This document shows positions 1-12,759 of a stretch of 64,000 bases of DNA, one piece after another. Position 1 is the stretch's first letter. Each line of letters begins with the position of its first letter. Source of the stretch: Dicyema japonicum (lineage: Eukaryota > Animalia > Dicyemida). The position numbers and the translations under genes were made by a program. The notes beneath the pieces were generated by a model. The model ran no database searches and was not told the DNA's origin. It saw only the letters and a program-made list of their open reading frames with translations. Where the stretch lies: assembly GCA_011109175.1 (NCBI GenBank), contig RDEW01000011.1:490193-554192 (forward strand). The letters are read 5' to 3'.

Positions 1-520
1 GGAATTCTTGCAGAGAGCCTTTGATAGTCTCGTCCATCTTAAATTATTTCGTTCTCTGATCAAATGTTTCGTCGTTGTGTTGAAACGTTTTGATGACGTA
101 GGTGCCTCTTCATTGGAATGTACTTCCTTTTCGCAGCTTTTATGGTGGAGTTGAACCATTTCACTAATTGTTCGACGGTGGGAGGAGTGGGGAAATTTAA
201 TAGTCCAATTCAATTATTGACGTAATCATTGAATCCTCTCCAGTTCACAAGGCTGTAATTAGTTATCGTTGGACATTGTCCTTTTATCCGTGACCTCGTT
301 TTGACCTCCAAAAATCCTGGTGTCATATTTCACTGACCAGTCAATAAAAGGGGTCAAGGACGGTGATAACAGTGAGATGTCAATAGATGAAGGCTTATCA
401 TTACGTCGAGTAGGTGTTCTTGTATGGGATGCAGGATCGTTGAGTATACATAGACTGTGGAGAAAGGAGTCTTTCAATGTTAAATAATTGCTCGAAAAAG
501 TCAAATTTAATTTTTAAGGT
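1..520 (-). mobile_element. APE-type LINE fragment (C-terminal part of the endonuclease)
   Basis: ORF 259-504 TRTPTRRNDKPSSIDISLLSPSLTPFIDWSVKYDT is homologous to the endonuclease end of the LINE at 60536-60832 (TRTSTRTGDKHTSPDLSLCSPSMFPLINWTVKYELRSDHNPI). Confidence 0.7.
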
Positions 521-1135
521 CAAAAGATATATTTTAAGGTCATATTTCTATCATTTTTAGGTCATCTTTGTGGTTGCCCTAGTTATGAACAAAAAAGTAT
601 CAGATGTTCATAGGATCCAGATTCGAATTTTATCCAGTCCAAAATTGAAAGAACTTGGGGGATCATCTGTCAGAAAATGCACGTGTTGGCTGATAGTTAA
701 TATGATTCTATGTATTTTACTAATATTAAATTCTGAATTTCATTGAGTATCTGAACTAAATGGAACATGTCCTTGAACAGCGACCTCTGCCTAACCACCT
801 TGTTTACTGAGAGCAAGTACTGACTACTGAAAATACATGTTGGTCACTGAAGTTGCCAGATGTTCCAAAGTCAGGATACATCTGGTGGAGCTGGCGTCTC
901 TGTTAGGCGATGATGTGGCAATTGATCTGAGAGAACAGCAAACGAAGGAGAGGGAGTTCGAAAACTCTTAAGAGAAGGAAACATCGATTCTGATAAAATT
1001 TAGTTCTCATTAAATTTTTTATTGCTAATAATAATGAGTAAAATTTTATGCGTTAGAAATTATTTGTGTTAGTGTGGTCTGAATTTATATCTCTGTTTTT
1101 AATTCCCTTCATTTTATAACGCTTTAAATTAAAAA

Positions 1136-4100
1136 TTAGTTTACCGAATGATAGATCTGGAAAAGATCGTCTTGTGATCTTTCGTCAGAATTATGTTCAG
1201 ATACATTTGGGGTAGGATAAAACGGAATTTTTATGGGAGATGCGACATTCGAAGAATTCACTTCAATTTGTGTCGGAGGTTTCTTAATGGGCCTTGGGGT
1301 TCCCATTATGGGTAAATTGGAAAACATTTTTAACTTACTCCCAATCGACTCCTTCGGGAAAGACTGTTTCGTATTCATAGACGATTCGGTCTTGTGAAAT
1401 GACGATTTATCAAGCTCAGAGTTAAATGCTGGAGTAGCTATTACTTTTTGTTTATTATTGATACTTTGAGTATTTGACGATTCCTCGCCCCAATTTAGAG
1501 TTCTTGATGGTATATTTTTTTGGTTTTCTGAAAATTTATCAGCTGAGCTTTAGGTTGTAAAATCTGATTTTCTGTTTTGATTGGCTGTTCATTTTCAAAA
1601 AAAAATTTAGCGTCAAAAGGATTCGGTTCTGGGATCTTTCTTCGTTTCGACAAGTTGTTCAATTTCACAAAATTTTTTAACCGTCAAAGGATTTAGTTGA
1701 ATAATGTTAGTCTCAGTTACTGGCTGTTTTAATTTCTGAAAAATTTGTAGTCTCCCAAGGATTTGACTGTGATAGTCTAGTTTCCGTCCCTGAAGATTGC
1801 TTAATTTCGGACAATTTTTTAACCTCCCATGGATTCGATTGCGATATTTCGGTTTTTTGTCTTGAAGGTTCTTTAATATCAGACAATTTTTGAGTATTAT
1901 ATGGAGTTGACTGTGATGGTATAATTTCTGTTCCTGAAATTTCTTATTTTCAAACATTTTTTTAGCATCCAATATATTTGTTCCACAAATTGTCACATTC
2001 GTTTCAACTGGTCGTTCAATTTCCGAAAAATATTTTGCCTCCCAAGGATTTGATTGTGTCATTTTAGTTTCTGTACTTGAAGGCTGTTCAATTTCAAACA
2101 ACTTTTCACCTTCCCAAGGATTTGATTGTGACATTTTAATTTCTGTTCTGTTGGTTGTTCAATTTCGAACAACTTTTCAGAGTCCCAAGGATTTGATTGT
2201 GAAATTTTAGATTCTGTTTTTGTTGGTTGTTCAATTTCAAACAATTTTTCAGAGTCCCAAGGATTTGATGTGATTTTAGATTCTGTACTTGGTTGTTCAA
2301 TTTCAAAACAACTTTTCAGAGTCCCAAGGATTTGATTGTGAAATTTTAGTTTCTGTTCTTGTTGGTTGTTCAATTTCAAACAACTTTTCAGAGTCCCCAA
2401 GGATTTGATGTGAAATTTTAGTTTCTGTTCTTGTTGGTTGTTCGATTTCAAACAACTTTTCAGCACCCATGGATTTGAGTTCGTAGTTTTAGATTCTGTT
2501 CTTGTTGGTTGTTCAATTTCAAACAACTTTTCAGAGTCCCAAGGATTTGACTGTGAAATTTTAGATTCTGTTCTTGTTGGTTGTTCAATTTCAAAACTTT
2601 TCAGAGTCCCAAGGATTTGACTGTAAAATTTTAGATTCTGTTCTTGTTGGTTGTTCAATTTCAAACAACTTTTCAGAGTCCCAAGGATTTGACTGTGAAA
2701 TTTTAGTTTCTGTTCTTGTTGGTTGTTCAGTTTCAAACAACTTTTCAGAGTCCCAAGGATTTGATTGTAAAATTTTAGTTTCTGTTCTTGTTGGTTGTTC
2801 AATTTCAAACAACTTTTCACAGTCCCAAGGATTTGAATGTGAAATTTTAGTTTCTGTTCTTGTTGATTGTTCAATTTCAAACAACTTTTCAGAGTCCCAA
2901 GGATTTGATTGTGAAATTTTAGTTTCTGTTCTTGTTGGTTGTTCAATTTCAAACAACTTTTCAGCACCCCATGGATTTGAGTTCGTAGTTTTAGATTCTG
3001 TCTTGTTGGTTGTTCAATTTCAAACAACTTTTCAGCACCATGGATTTGAGTTCGTAGTTTTAGATTCTGTTCTTGTTGGTTGTTCAATTTCAAACAACTT
3101 TTCAGAGTCCCAAGGATTTGACTGTGAAATTTTAGTTTCTGTTCTTGTTGGTTGTTCAATTTCAAACAACTTTTCAGCACCCCAAGGATTTGAGTTCGTT
3201 GTTTTAGATTCTGTCCTTGTTGGTTGTTCAATTTCAAACAACTTTTCAGAGTCCCAAGGATTTGACTGTGAAAATTTTAGTTTCTGTTCTTGTTGGTTGT
3301 TCGATTTCTAACAACTTTTCAGCACTCCATGGATTTGAGTTCGTAGTTTTAGATTCTGTTCTTGTGGGTTTTTCAATATCCGAAAAATTTGTAGTCTCCC
3401 AAGGATTTGACTGTGATTGTTTAGTTTCCGTTCCTGAAGATTGCTTAATTTCGGACAATTTTTTAACCTCCCATGGATTTGATTGCGATATTTCGGTTTT
3501 TTGTCTTGAAGGTTCTTTAATATCAGACAATTTTTGAGTATTATATGGAGTTGACTGTAATGCTATAATTTCTGTTCCTGAAGGTTTCTTATTTTCAAAT
3601 ATTTTTTTAGCCTCCAATATATTTGCTCCACGGATTGTCGCCTTCGTTTCAACAGGTCGTTTAATTTCCGAAAAATTTTTAGCTTCCCGAGGATTTGACC
3701 TTATTTCTATTTTTGAAAGTTGTTTAATTTCAAACAACTTTTTAGCTTCCCAAAAATTTGATGGTGATATATATGTCTCAGACAATGAAGATTGCTTATT
3801 TTCAGATAATTTTTTAGCCTCCCATGAATTCGATTGCGATATTTTAGTTTTTGGTCCTGGAGGTGTCCTAACATCAGACAATTTTTGAGCGTTATATAGA
3901 TTTGACTGTGATATTCTAGTCTCCCTTTCCATTGGTTGTTTCACTTCAGAAAATGGTTTACTCTTGGAAAATTTATTCCTCTCAGAAATTCCCTTTGATG
4001 AGTCAAATTGCATGTTTTGCTGATTTTTATTATCTTCTAAAAAAATTGATTTAACTTTGCCAATATTTCCCGTAGATCTTGTTCTTTCTTTGTTGAATGC

Positions 4101-4277
4101 CATATTCTCAATTTGAATGACAATATCTTTAACCATAATTGTGTTTTCGTGATTCGCAGATTTTTTTGAAAGCAAATATTCTCCATTATCCTTCGTAGTA
4201 CCTGGTCCATTTCTCAACAACTCCCTTTCTTCATTTTCTTTATTTGTAAGTATAGTTAATTTATTTCTGGTTGTCAT
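1136..4277 (-). CDS. Large low-complexity protein with a 24-aa tandem repeat (TRTETKISQSNPWDSEKLFEIEQP); reading frame broken by indels
   Basis: ORF 3246-4277 leads into the repeat. The same repeat peptide continues in shifted frames (2591-2956, 3032-3241, 2059-3237, 1613-2134), and translation through 1380-1612 connects to the terminal ORF 1136-1378. Confidence 0.75.
1740..3900 (-). repeat. 72-bp coding tandem array (homogeneous core about 2090-3370, about 17-18 units; diverged flanks)
   Basis: GAGTCCCAAGGATTTGA and its variant CAGCACCCATGGATTTGA recur about every 72 bp. Confidence 0.95.
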
Positions 4278-6192
4278 ATTTCGCCCACTGACCTATATTT
4301 TCTAGGAAGATATTCTTTTATAACATTAAATAATTCACGTAATAAATAGTTATTTTGTTAATTCCTTATATTTCTGGGAAATTCTAGGTTATTTTTTTAC
4401 ACTAAAAATCTATTCGTTGATTTGCAAGCATCCAGTTCCTGGCCGGCATCCAAGAAGTATCTCTCTTCTCCACTTGATGGGTTCTCGCAACTGCAGATAT
4501 ATATGAATTTGTTGCTTCGAAAGGATGCTTAACTCCGACTGTGGGAACTGAATATACTTTAATCAAACGTTAATTGGCACAACCTCTTTCCAGAATTATT
4601 AATCAAATAAATCTCTTAATTTACAGTGAAGCCATTAGATGATCCTCAGTAATCTCTTCTTAGCTCGTTGTTATTCCACAAATCTTAGGCACTCTCTGTC
4701 TTCTTGCTGTACAATCAGGAGCTCGTGTGAGATGAACTGGGGTATCAAAGGGGGAGGTCTTAGCTCTGTGTTCTTTTCTAAATCTAATTCTTTTTGACTA
4801 AGGTCTCAAAGGGGATAGGATCTTTAACGGGGGTAAAATCATAGAGTTATTTCATTAATTACATTAAACAAGATTACATTCATTAGCATTATTTGTTATA
4901 ATTCTATAACTCGTGATTTGATGCTGCAAAATTTGCCTGTTATTACTGGCAACTTACACATTAATTACAGATCATATTAACTATTATCCTGCACGTGAAA
5001 CTTGAGAAAGATAATCTCAGAACTTCAGGTTTCTTATGTTTCCTGAGTGCTCCACTTTGTCCAAGCTTACGAGAAGGAAGACAGGGGTTAAGTAAATATT
5101 CTATGCAATAGAGATGCGTACCCACTTTAACCTTCGACTAATTAACTACTTGTATTATGTAGGTAGGCTCAACTTATTTCATATTCTCCATACGAAAACG
5201 CTAATAAACCAAGGAAACAGTATATTGCAATCAGCTACAAGGACATAGATCGTTCCCAACATGTGAAATATTGCAGACCAAAAACCAGCACTCATGACAC
5301 CTTCCTCACTCGTGCATATAGCCCCTTCAGCGTCTTTTTCATTCACCTCAAATAATCAGGATCACTCGTTAGGATTGCGTTAACGGGTTTGTATAACTTT
5401 TCGATTGGCACTCATACTCTTCAATATTTAGAAAAAATCCTTGATCAGCCGATTCTGAAGACAGAATAGTCGAAAAATATTAGAATACGCCAGTTCTTAC
5501 TGGATGTTTACATTTTCTTCTTCAATATCAACTTGAACGACAGAAAAACGTTGCATCTTCTTTTGTCAGAGTTCATTCTTCTCCACTCTCCTAAGAAAAG
5601 TCCCCAAGGGACCACGGCTATGGTTCTCGTGTTTTTACAAATAACTGGACTTCACGTGCTCCTGGCTTCCTCGTTATAGTCAATCGTTGATCTTTCCACT
5701 GATAGTCTCGCTCCATCTCTGTAGAATCTGTATGTCATCCTCGCCGAAGGGGTAAAATCCTTTTTATGTTGTAACAAGTCATCGTCATCCAGAAAGGGAT
5801 ATTCTTTAATATGACTACAAGTGGTCTCGAAGTTGCCTCAATGATTTTGTAATTTCCAATCCCGAATGGCGATATCATGTTTACTTTCACCAGGAATTTG
5901 TTTTTATCTTCAATTTCTTAAATTCCACACGAAAGGAACCCGATGACTATAAAAGCGCTAGATTCCTATATAAAAGTCGATCAGTACTGGAGAAGATAGC
6001 ACAAACACAGTACTGCGGTCAGTTTCCTTTATGATATTCCCTTATGCTTTCTTTGACTTTCTCTAAAAGTATGAGTCCACTTAAGGAAAAAAGAAATAAT
6101 ATGCTCTAGTTAAGGATTTCAATTGTTAGATTTAACTAAGTCTAAGTATCCTGTGGAACAAGCTGAATCATCTCTATTTTATTCTCTTCACG

Positions 6193-8564
6193 TTAGAAAG
6201 CGGCTGTAATAAAAACAAGTGATACTGATTGATTAGCTTCTAAATTTTGTTGATTGAAAAATTCAAAGTTCACTTGGTTATAATCGTCGGACACCTTGGA
6301 CTGTTCACCAATAATTATGGGTCTATCCACTACTTCTGATTGAGATCGATTACTCGGATATTGTCTGCTTAATGTTAACACGAGAATCAACCTCATTATT
6401 TGAGCTTGAATTGAACCTAAATTGGAAAATCTTTTAGCCCACATATGTTCCATCTTATCTGAAAGCTGCTCTGAACTTCCATCGTTAATTGCCGACTGAG
6501 TATATTTTTGAATTTTACGTCTGGGTTAGGTTTCGAACTGTTCTCGTGTCGTATAGCCGTAGAAGAATCGTTAGTATGCTGAGATTTGATTTCCCCAGTA
6601 TTCTTAACATTCCCTCCTTGTAAAAAATTCCACCGTTTTCAAGCATTTTTCTGAGATTTGGAGAAAAATGATTGCTTTTTGAATCTCTGATATTTTTCAA
6701 AGTGGAATAAACATCGGCGTCAAACTTTTTAGGAGAAAAAAACGTATCCGAACATTTTTTGTCTTCTTTTTTGATTGAAATGTCTGAAATTTTGTAATTT
6801 TCAATGAATTCTATTGCATTGCTTTGTGGGACAATTTCTTCAAAAATTTTCTTTGGAATGAATTTTTGCGTAGAGAGCTTCTCGTGTGGTTCCCCGGGGT
6901 CCAAGAAATTCGTTTCAAAGTCGATTGGTGGACTAAAATCAACAGTTTTTGGGTTAGTGTTTTTTTCATGATTCATCAAAATCGGCGGATCGGTTGTATC
7001 TGAAATCACGGAAGTCATAAAATCCATACTTAAAGATGTATCGGAATTTTTAGATTTATCTCGGAGTTTATTTTCAATTTCAATGTTTTCAGTAACTTTC
7101 CTGTCTATCAAAGTCGAACAATCATCAAAATCTGAAACAAAGGACTTCATTTCCATATTTGGAAATTTTTTGGAATTCATAGATTCATTGTTAGTAATAC
7201 TATCAAATTTTATGTCTTCGTTTATTTCAGCCGGCTCGAAAATCAGTAGATCATCTATATCTGCAAACATGGACGACATAAAATCAATATTTTGAGATGT
7301 GAAGGAATTTTGAAATTCAGTGTCAAACATACTATCATTTTCTGTGTCCTCGATTTTTTAATTTCCTTGAAAATTGACGGATCACTCATATCCACAAACG
7401 AGGACATCGTTTCAATATTTGGGGTTATATTTGAATTTTGAGAATCATTGTATGTTATATGATCAATCTGTATGTCTTCAGTTTTTTCCGGCGTTCCACC
7501 AATCGATGGATCATCCATGTCTACGGGCGATGGCATCACAACATCAATATTTTGAGATGTTGAGGAATTTTGAAATACAGTGTCGAGAATATTATCATTT
7601 TCTATTTCCTCGGTTTTTTCAAATGCTTTGAAAATCAACGGATCTGTCATTTCTGTAAGCGAGGAAGTCATTTCCATATTTTGGGTTATCTTTGAATTTT
7701 GAGATTCATTGTCCGCTATATTATCAGCCTCCATGTCCTCAATTTTTTCCAATTTTCCATCAATCGATGGATCATCCATGTCTACTGGCGATGACGTCAC
7801 AAAATCAATATTTTGAAATGTGGAAGAATTTTGAAGTTCAGTGTCTTGCATATTATCATTTTCAGTTTTTCCGTGTGTTTCGGAAATCGATGGGTCATCT
7901 ATAAAAGATGATGCCATTTCCATATTTTGGGTTATCTTTGTGTTTTGAGATTCACTGTCCTCTATATTATCAGTCCTCATGTCCTCAATTTTTCCCGATG
8001 TTTCACCAATCGATGGATTAGCAATTTCAATAATCGGAGACGTTTTAACATCTTTATTTCTTATGTTTGATTGCTGAGATTTGTTATCTCGGTCATATCT
8101 CGGCTCGATATTTTTATTAGGAAATTGGGTTGGCACATTAACCTCAATATTTTCAGAAACATTATTTTTGAGCTTAGCTGGATCATCAGATCTAATTGCA
8201 TATGTGGGAATTTGTTCAGCCTTTAGTTCCTTCTGATCTTGGCTATCCCCGTCTTTATTTTTCGGCAAAATGTTTCTACGTTGAAAAATGACTCGAACGT
8301 ATTAGTGTTATCAGATCTTCGTGCAATATTCAAATTTGTTGGCTTGTTTACGTTTCTTGCATACTTCTTCCGTATCTTTTCCTGAGATTCCCGTTGCTTA
8401 GCAAGAATTAATTTTCTATTGGTGAAAGAAATTCCATATTCGCCCATATTAGCTGAAGCATGTTTATTCCATGTTGAAGAGATCAAATTCCCACTTAAGT
8501 CATCGTTTTTTGTTTTTCGGCTTACATCAGCTGACTGTGGTTTTGTTTTGTTTGAATCAGTCAT
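6193..8564 (-). CDS. Large acidic Ser/Asp/Asn-rich repeat protein (87-aa dimeric repeat), function unknown
   Basis: ORFs 8223-8741, 7255-8268, 6515-7330 and 6193-6453 join via a 23-nt GT-AG intron (8276-8298) and homopolymer slips (e.g. A6 at about 7353-7358). The start position is approximate. Confidence 0.65.
7270..8020 (-). repeat. 261-bp coding repeat built from alternating 43/44-aa subunits
   Basis: GATCATCCATGTCTAC at 7509 and 7770 (period 261). Peptide units DTELQNSSTFQNIDF.. and DNESQNSKITQNMEM.. alternate. Confidence 0.85.
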
Positions 8565-8735
8565 ATTTTGGCTATTACTAAGTAATATCAATAAAGTAAA
8601 CCAGCGTTTTAAATAATTTATGCTCGTTAAATGCGTATTGTTATGTGGTTGGCATTTTAATAAATGTAATTTTATATTTAACAAAACATTAAAATAATAT
8701 TTTTTATCAATTCGTGGGTTCGAGTTTTCAACGAT

Positions 8736-8990
8736 GGTCAATTCTCGTAAACATATTCCCCCGAGGCAACGAGTCCTTCTTGCACGACACAGTAGTAGAG
8801 AGGGATCTTTTTAGCTTCTCCCTGACCAAATCCTCTGGTGAAGATTGTGAAAACTCTTCCGCCGAAGAATGAAGTGATGTCAGCGACGGTAGGCCGCGTG
8901 AAGAAATGGAAGAAGGAATCTCTTCTTAAGTGGAAGCCTTTAATGGACTATTGGAAGATGGATTTGACGAAGACAAGGAGATGTTTAACC
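8736..8990 (+). mobile_element. SINE family A copy, head truncated
   Basis: Aligns by eye with 10185-10450 (CAATTCTCGT..GACGAGTCCTTCT..CTCCCTGACCAAATCCTCTG..GTGATGTC.GCGACGGTAGG). Confidence 0.85.
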
Positions 8991-9299
8991 TTAGTTCACA
9001 TGGCCTATATCTTTCATTCGCGACTAATGTATCTCCATTTATGCGTTTTGGCTAAAAACTGAGAATTCTTTGTTCGGCCGTTAATTAACGCTTATTTAGT
9101 AAAATAATCAGTAATTATTTTTTACTGCATTTTTAATCTGTGCTCAGAATACTTCAATTTTTTCAAATACACTAATATCTACTTTACCAAATGGTCAAGG
9201 CTAGCTGCACTCAAATTGAAAACGCATTCCTCTAAGGAAATGCGCTCAATAAGCCAGCTCCTTTATCTATCATCCTATTTCCCCATTGCGATGAGCGAT

Positions 9300-9665
9300 C
9301 CTACACGGTTCAGCAGGGTCAATGATCTGTTTCCTGAGTCCTGATGTTTCCACGGTGAGTGTCACCGAGACATTGGTATTTCTTATTGTTTAATATCTCA
9401 GCCTTTGCCGTGGTTGATCCTGGGTGAGTTGCTGTCATTGCAAGGTTAGAGGGAGAGATTCCATCCATGTTGGTGGGGTCCCAGGCAAGGTATCTTCCAC
9501 CTTTCCATGGGAAGAGAGTTGTACCGTGAGCCTTTTGTTGGCTGGAGCCAGTCAGAGAGGTTCCAACTGAACAAGAAATCTGCCCAATTCCAGTCCCCAC
9601 ATAATAACTCTTTGATGCCTCTGTGCTTTGGACTTTTCGACGCTCATCAGGCAGGAATGAGTGTG
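9300..9665 (-). mobile_element. CRE-like retrotransposon, decayed restriction-enzyme-like (REL) endonuclease
   Basis: HGTTLFPWKGGRYLAWDPT..KAEILNNKKYQCL parallels the intact copy at 38271-38700 (RPDGITVFPFSRGKCLIWDAAC). Confidence 0.75.
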
Positions 9666-10099
9666 AAGACCTTTAGCATCGACTATTCTTTAGTAAAAAT
9701 TGAATAATATTATTAAAACGTTGTGGTTGATAGTTTCTGTCTTTCGGATCGTCTATATTAGACAGAATGTCTTGACTACCCCCAAAATAATAAAGATTTC
9801 CCAAATCGAAGGGCATTTGACTTGGTTCAGTATCATTATGACTTGAAGAATTCAATTATCCTAGACTTGATGAAAGTCAGTGAAGTTCAAGGACAGTGGA
9901 CTTGAATATTGGATGGTACACTCTCTAACCTCTCTTGTGTTTCAGAATAAGGAAAATAGTAATTTGAAGGACTTCAGACCATAATTGGGGGTAAATGGAA
10001 TTACAGGGTTTCCACATCAAATTAGTCACTTTCGAGATCAGATCCAATCCAATTAAGTCACGTTCCAAATCAATTAAGTCGTTGTCCACTTCAAACTAG

Positions 10100-10550
10100 T
10101 CACCGGCCTTCTGGCTGAACGTCTGATGACATCGGATCTGAAGGTCGTGGGTTCGAATCCGAAAGATGGAGTTTTCAGCGAAAGCCAATTCTTGTCAAAC
10201 AGATCCCACCGTGAGGCGACGAGTCCTTCTGGCACGACAAAGTAGTTAAAAAAGATCTTACTACCTTTCTCCCTGACCAAATCCTCTGATGAAGATTGCA
10301 TTATGAAAACTATTCCGCTAAAGAAAGAAGTGATGTCCGCGACGGTAGGACGTGAGACAAAAATGGAAAAGGACGGACCTACTTCCCCACCTTTTTTCGA
10401 AAGCGAAAGCCTGTAATGTAGTATTGGAAGATGGATTTAATCGGCACAAGCAGATGTTCTCCCTTTGGTTCCTTCCTTGGATTAGTTAGTATGACTATTT
10501 GTGCTGGTCATACAATGGTAAGCATGGGGTTAATAATAATAATAACAAGT
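10100..10550 (+). mobile_element. SINE family A, most complete copy (tRNA-derived head, structured core, (AAT)n tail)
   Basis: A-box-like TGGCTGAACG, B-box GGTTCGAATCC at 10150-10160, and AATAATAATAATAA tail at about 10530-10545. Six copies occur in the window. Confidence 0.9.
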
Positions 10551-10689
10551 CACCTTCAACTAAAAATAAGTAATTATATTTTTTTTAAACAAAATTTTCA
10601 AATCAATAAAAAACCAAAGTATTTATTTTAAAAGACTGCAACATTTCCAACCTGAAAATTTCTCCTCCATAGACAAAGCTGTATACTAT

Positions 10690-12545
10690 TTCAACAAAAC
10701 AATCATTGACGGGAGAAAAATTTTTTTCAGAAAAGCATATATAAAAAACGAAAAATTGAAATATGACTCAAAAACAAAGAAAATAATTATGGAAAGAAAC
10801 AACCTTAAGAAAATGATGCATCGTTCACGAGAGGTTATTAATCGAATCAGGTCACTAAACATTCTTATCACGAAAAGCACAAACAACACCCAAAGGAAGA
10901 AATTCATGCGAATCTCTGCTGCCATGAATAATCAGACCTCAATTTCCAACATGTGGAAGATGTTGAGGCGTCTGAAGAACCCAGAATACGAAGATAACAA
11001 AGAACAATGCCAGCTCAATCTGAATAAATATATGAAACATTGTATTCGAATCAGTCACATTCCTTATAAAAAGATTAACACACAAACGAAAATAAAGAGA
11101 AAGCCATCCAAATTTGCCCCGCTGATTTATTTTCTCCCTAAAGATGTATCCAAAGCAATATCAAATCAGAAAAAAACAAACTCATGTGGCCCAGACGGAA
11201 TTCTCTCTTATTCTGCTGAAACACTTGGGCCCAGCATCAATAAATGCATTAAAAACATCTACAACACATCGCTGAACATAAATACCATACCGACTTTATG
11301 GAAACTATCAAAAATTCGACCAATATTGAAGCCGGGAAGACCGAAGAACGATCCCGGCTCTTACAGACCAGTTTCCCCTTATATGTGTTTTGTCGAGGAT
11401 CCTGGAGAAACTGGTCCTAAAAGTTATTCGCCCTTCTCCCACAACCTACATTCCAACATGGCTTCAAGGAAGGATTATCAACAACCTCCTTCCTAACAAC
11501 ATTAATGAAGTTCATAACTGAAGGACACAAGAACAAGCCAAAACAGGAAAAATCGGTCATATGTACGATCGATATTCAAAAAGCTTCGACTTGTCCCAAG
11601 GAAGATCCTCATACGAAAAATATTTTTGACAAAAATTGATGCACCATTAAAGTTATGGTTAGCAAATTTCGTAAGTGGACGCCGAGGGAAAGTATCCGTC
11701 GGAAACAAGAGTTCCAGATCGGGATTATTACCCAATGGTGTACCCCAAGGATCTCCTCTGTCACCAATCCTTTTTAATTTGTTTTTGAGTGATCTCCCCG
11801 TACCTATGAATAATAATGACATACTACTTTCCTATGCCGATGACATAGTTGTCGCATCTAGAGACGTAAACGTCGAACATGCTAAGGAAAGACTACAAGG
11901 AATACTAAATAACATATTTGGATGGTTGTGCGAAATCGATTAAATGCATGTTCCGAAAAGTCAGCAGTCACTCTATTTACTAAGAATAGAAAGATGGGAA
12001 CGCAAACAATTGATGTCACGTTAAATGGAGTACCTATACCACAAAAGAAATCGCAGAAGATACTGGGAGTAACTTTTGATACTTTCCTCTGCTTCTCAGC
12101 CCATTTGGAATCTATCATATCAACCTGTGCAAAAAAGATCAATTTTGTAAAGGCCTTCCTTTGGAACTGTGGAGGAATTTATCCGCCAGGTATCGGGACC
12201 CTCTACAAGCAGTATGTCGAGCCACCAATAGGCTATGCATGGGGATCTGACCAGTTGGCAACGAACTTAACAAAAATTCAAGAGATCCAGTCAAGAGCAA
12301 AAAAATTACTAGAAAAATATACAGATAAAGAAATTGCCCCCAGAGCACTCGAGTCTATCATAGAGGCAACTGGAGGCAATTTCAGAAGAGAAAAGTAAAA
12401 AGACCCCCGTCCGTATAGAAAATGCGTGGGATCACGGTCGGAGCCTCGAGAAAAAATGGCCCGATTATTGAGAGATCCCGGGATCACCTGAATATTAGTT
12501 ATTGGTTAAGACGGTGTTTCTTTGGCTTAAATAATAATAATAAAA
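10690..12545 (+). mobile_element. APE-type (Jockey/I/CR1-like) LINE, reverse transcriptase region plus 3' UTR, frameshifted
   Basis: Motifs GPDGI, SYRPVS, GVPQGSPLSPILFNLF, SYADDI and ILGVTFD; ends in an (AAT)n tail at about 12530-12545. Confidence 0.93.
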
Positions 12546-12759
12546 AGACAATCAAAAATTTATACCTAATTCAGAATAACAGAAAATCTTTTATATTCCG
12601 TAACTATTTCAACATGTGTCTAAAAAACAATCAAGTAGTTATGAGTTTTTTTCAAATAAAAATTGTTCAACCCTTAGAATAAAAAATCTTGCCAAAACAC
12701 GACTTCTTGACAGCCGTCTAACATCTGATGATACAAGAGAACAGTGGCGTCTGCATCAT

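Noticed and set aside
2090-3370. Regular repeat array resembling a CRISPR locus
   Set aside because: The units are contiguous, with no unique spacers, and encode an in-frame peptide. The context is eukaryotic and has no cas genes.
2438-3537. Long plus-strand ORFs (e.g. 2574-3311, 245 aa, SISNNFSESQGFDCEILVSVLVGC) antisense to the repeat gene, suggesting dual coding
   Set aside because: One stop-free 72-bp unit automatically gives a long antisense ORF when amplified. The ORF does not extend beyond the array.
10100-10165. Possible functional tRNA gene
   Set aside because: It has A/B-box-like motifs but no complete cloverleaf or acceptor stem, and it is the head of a dispersed repeat.
10286-10308. 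CTGATGA..GAAA suggesting a hammerhead ribozyme in SINE A
   Set aside because: No stem II pairing between the two motifs, and CTGATGA is not conserved in other copies (CTGGTGA, CTAATAA).
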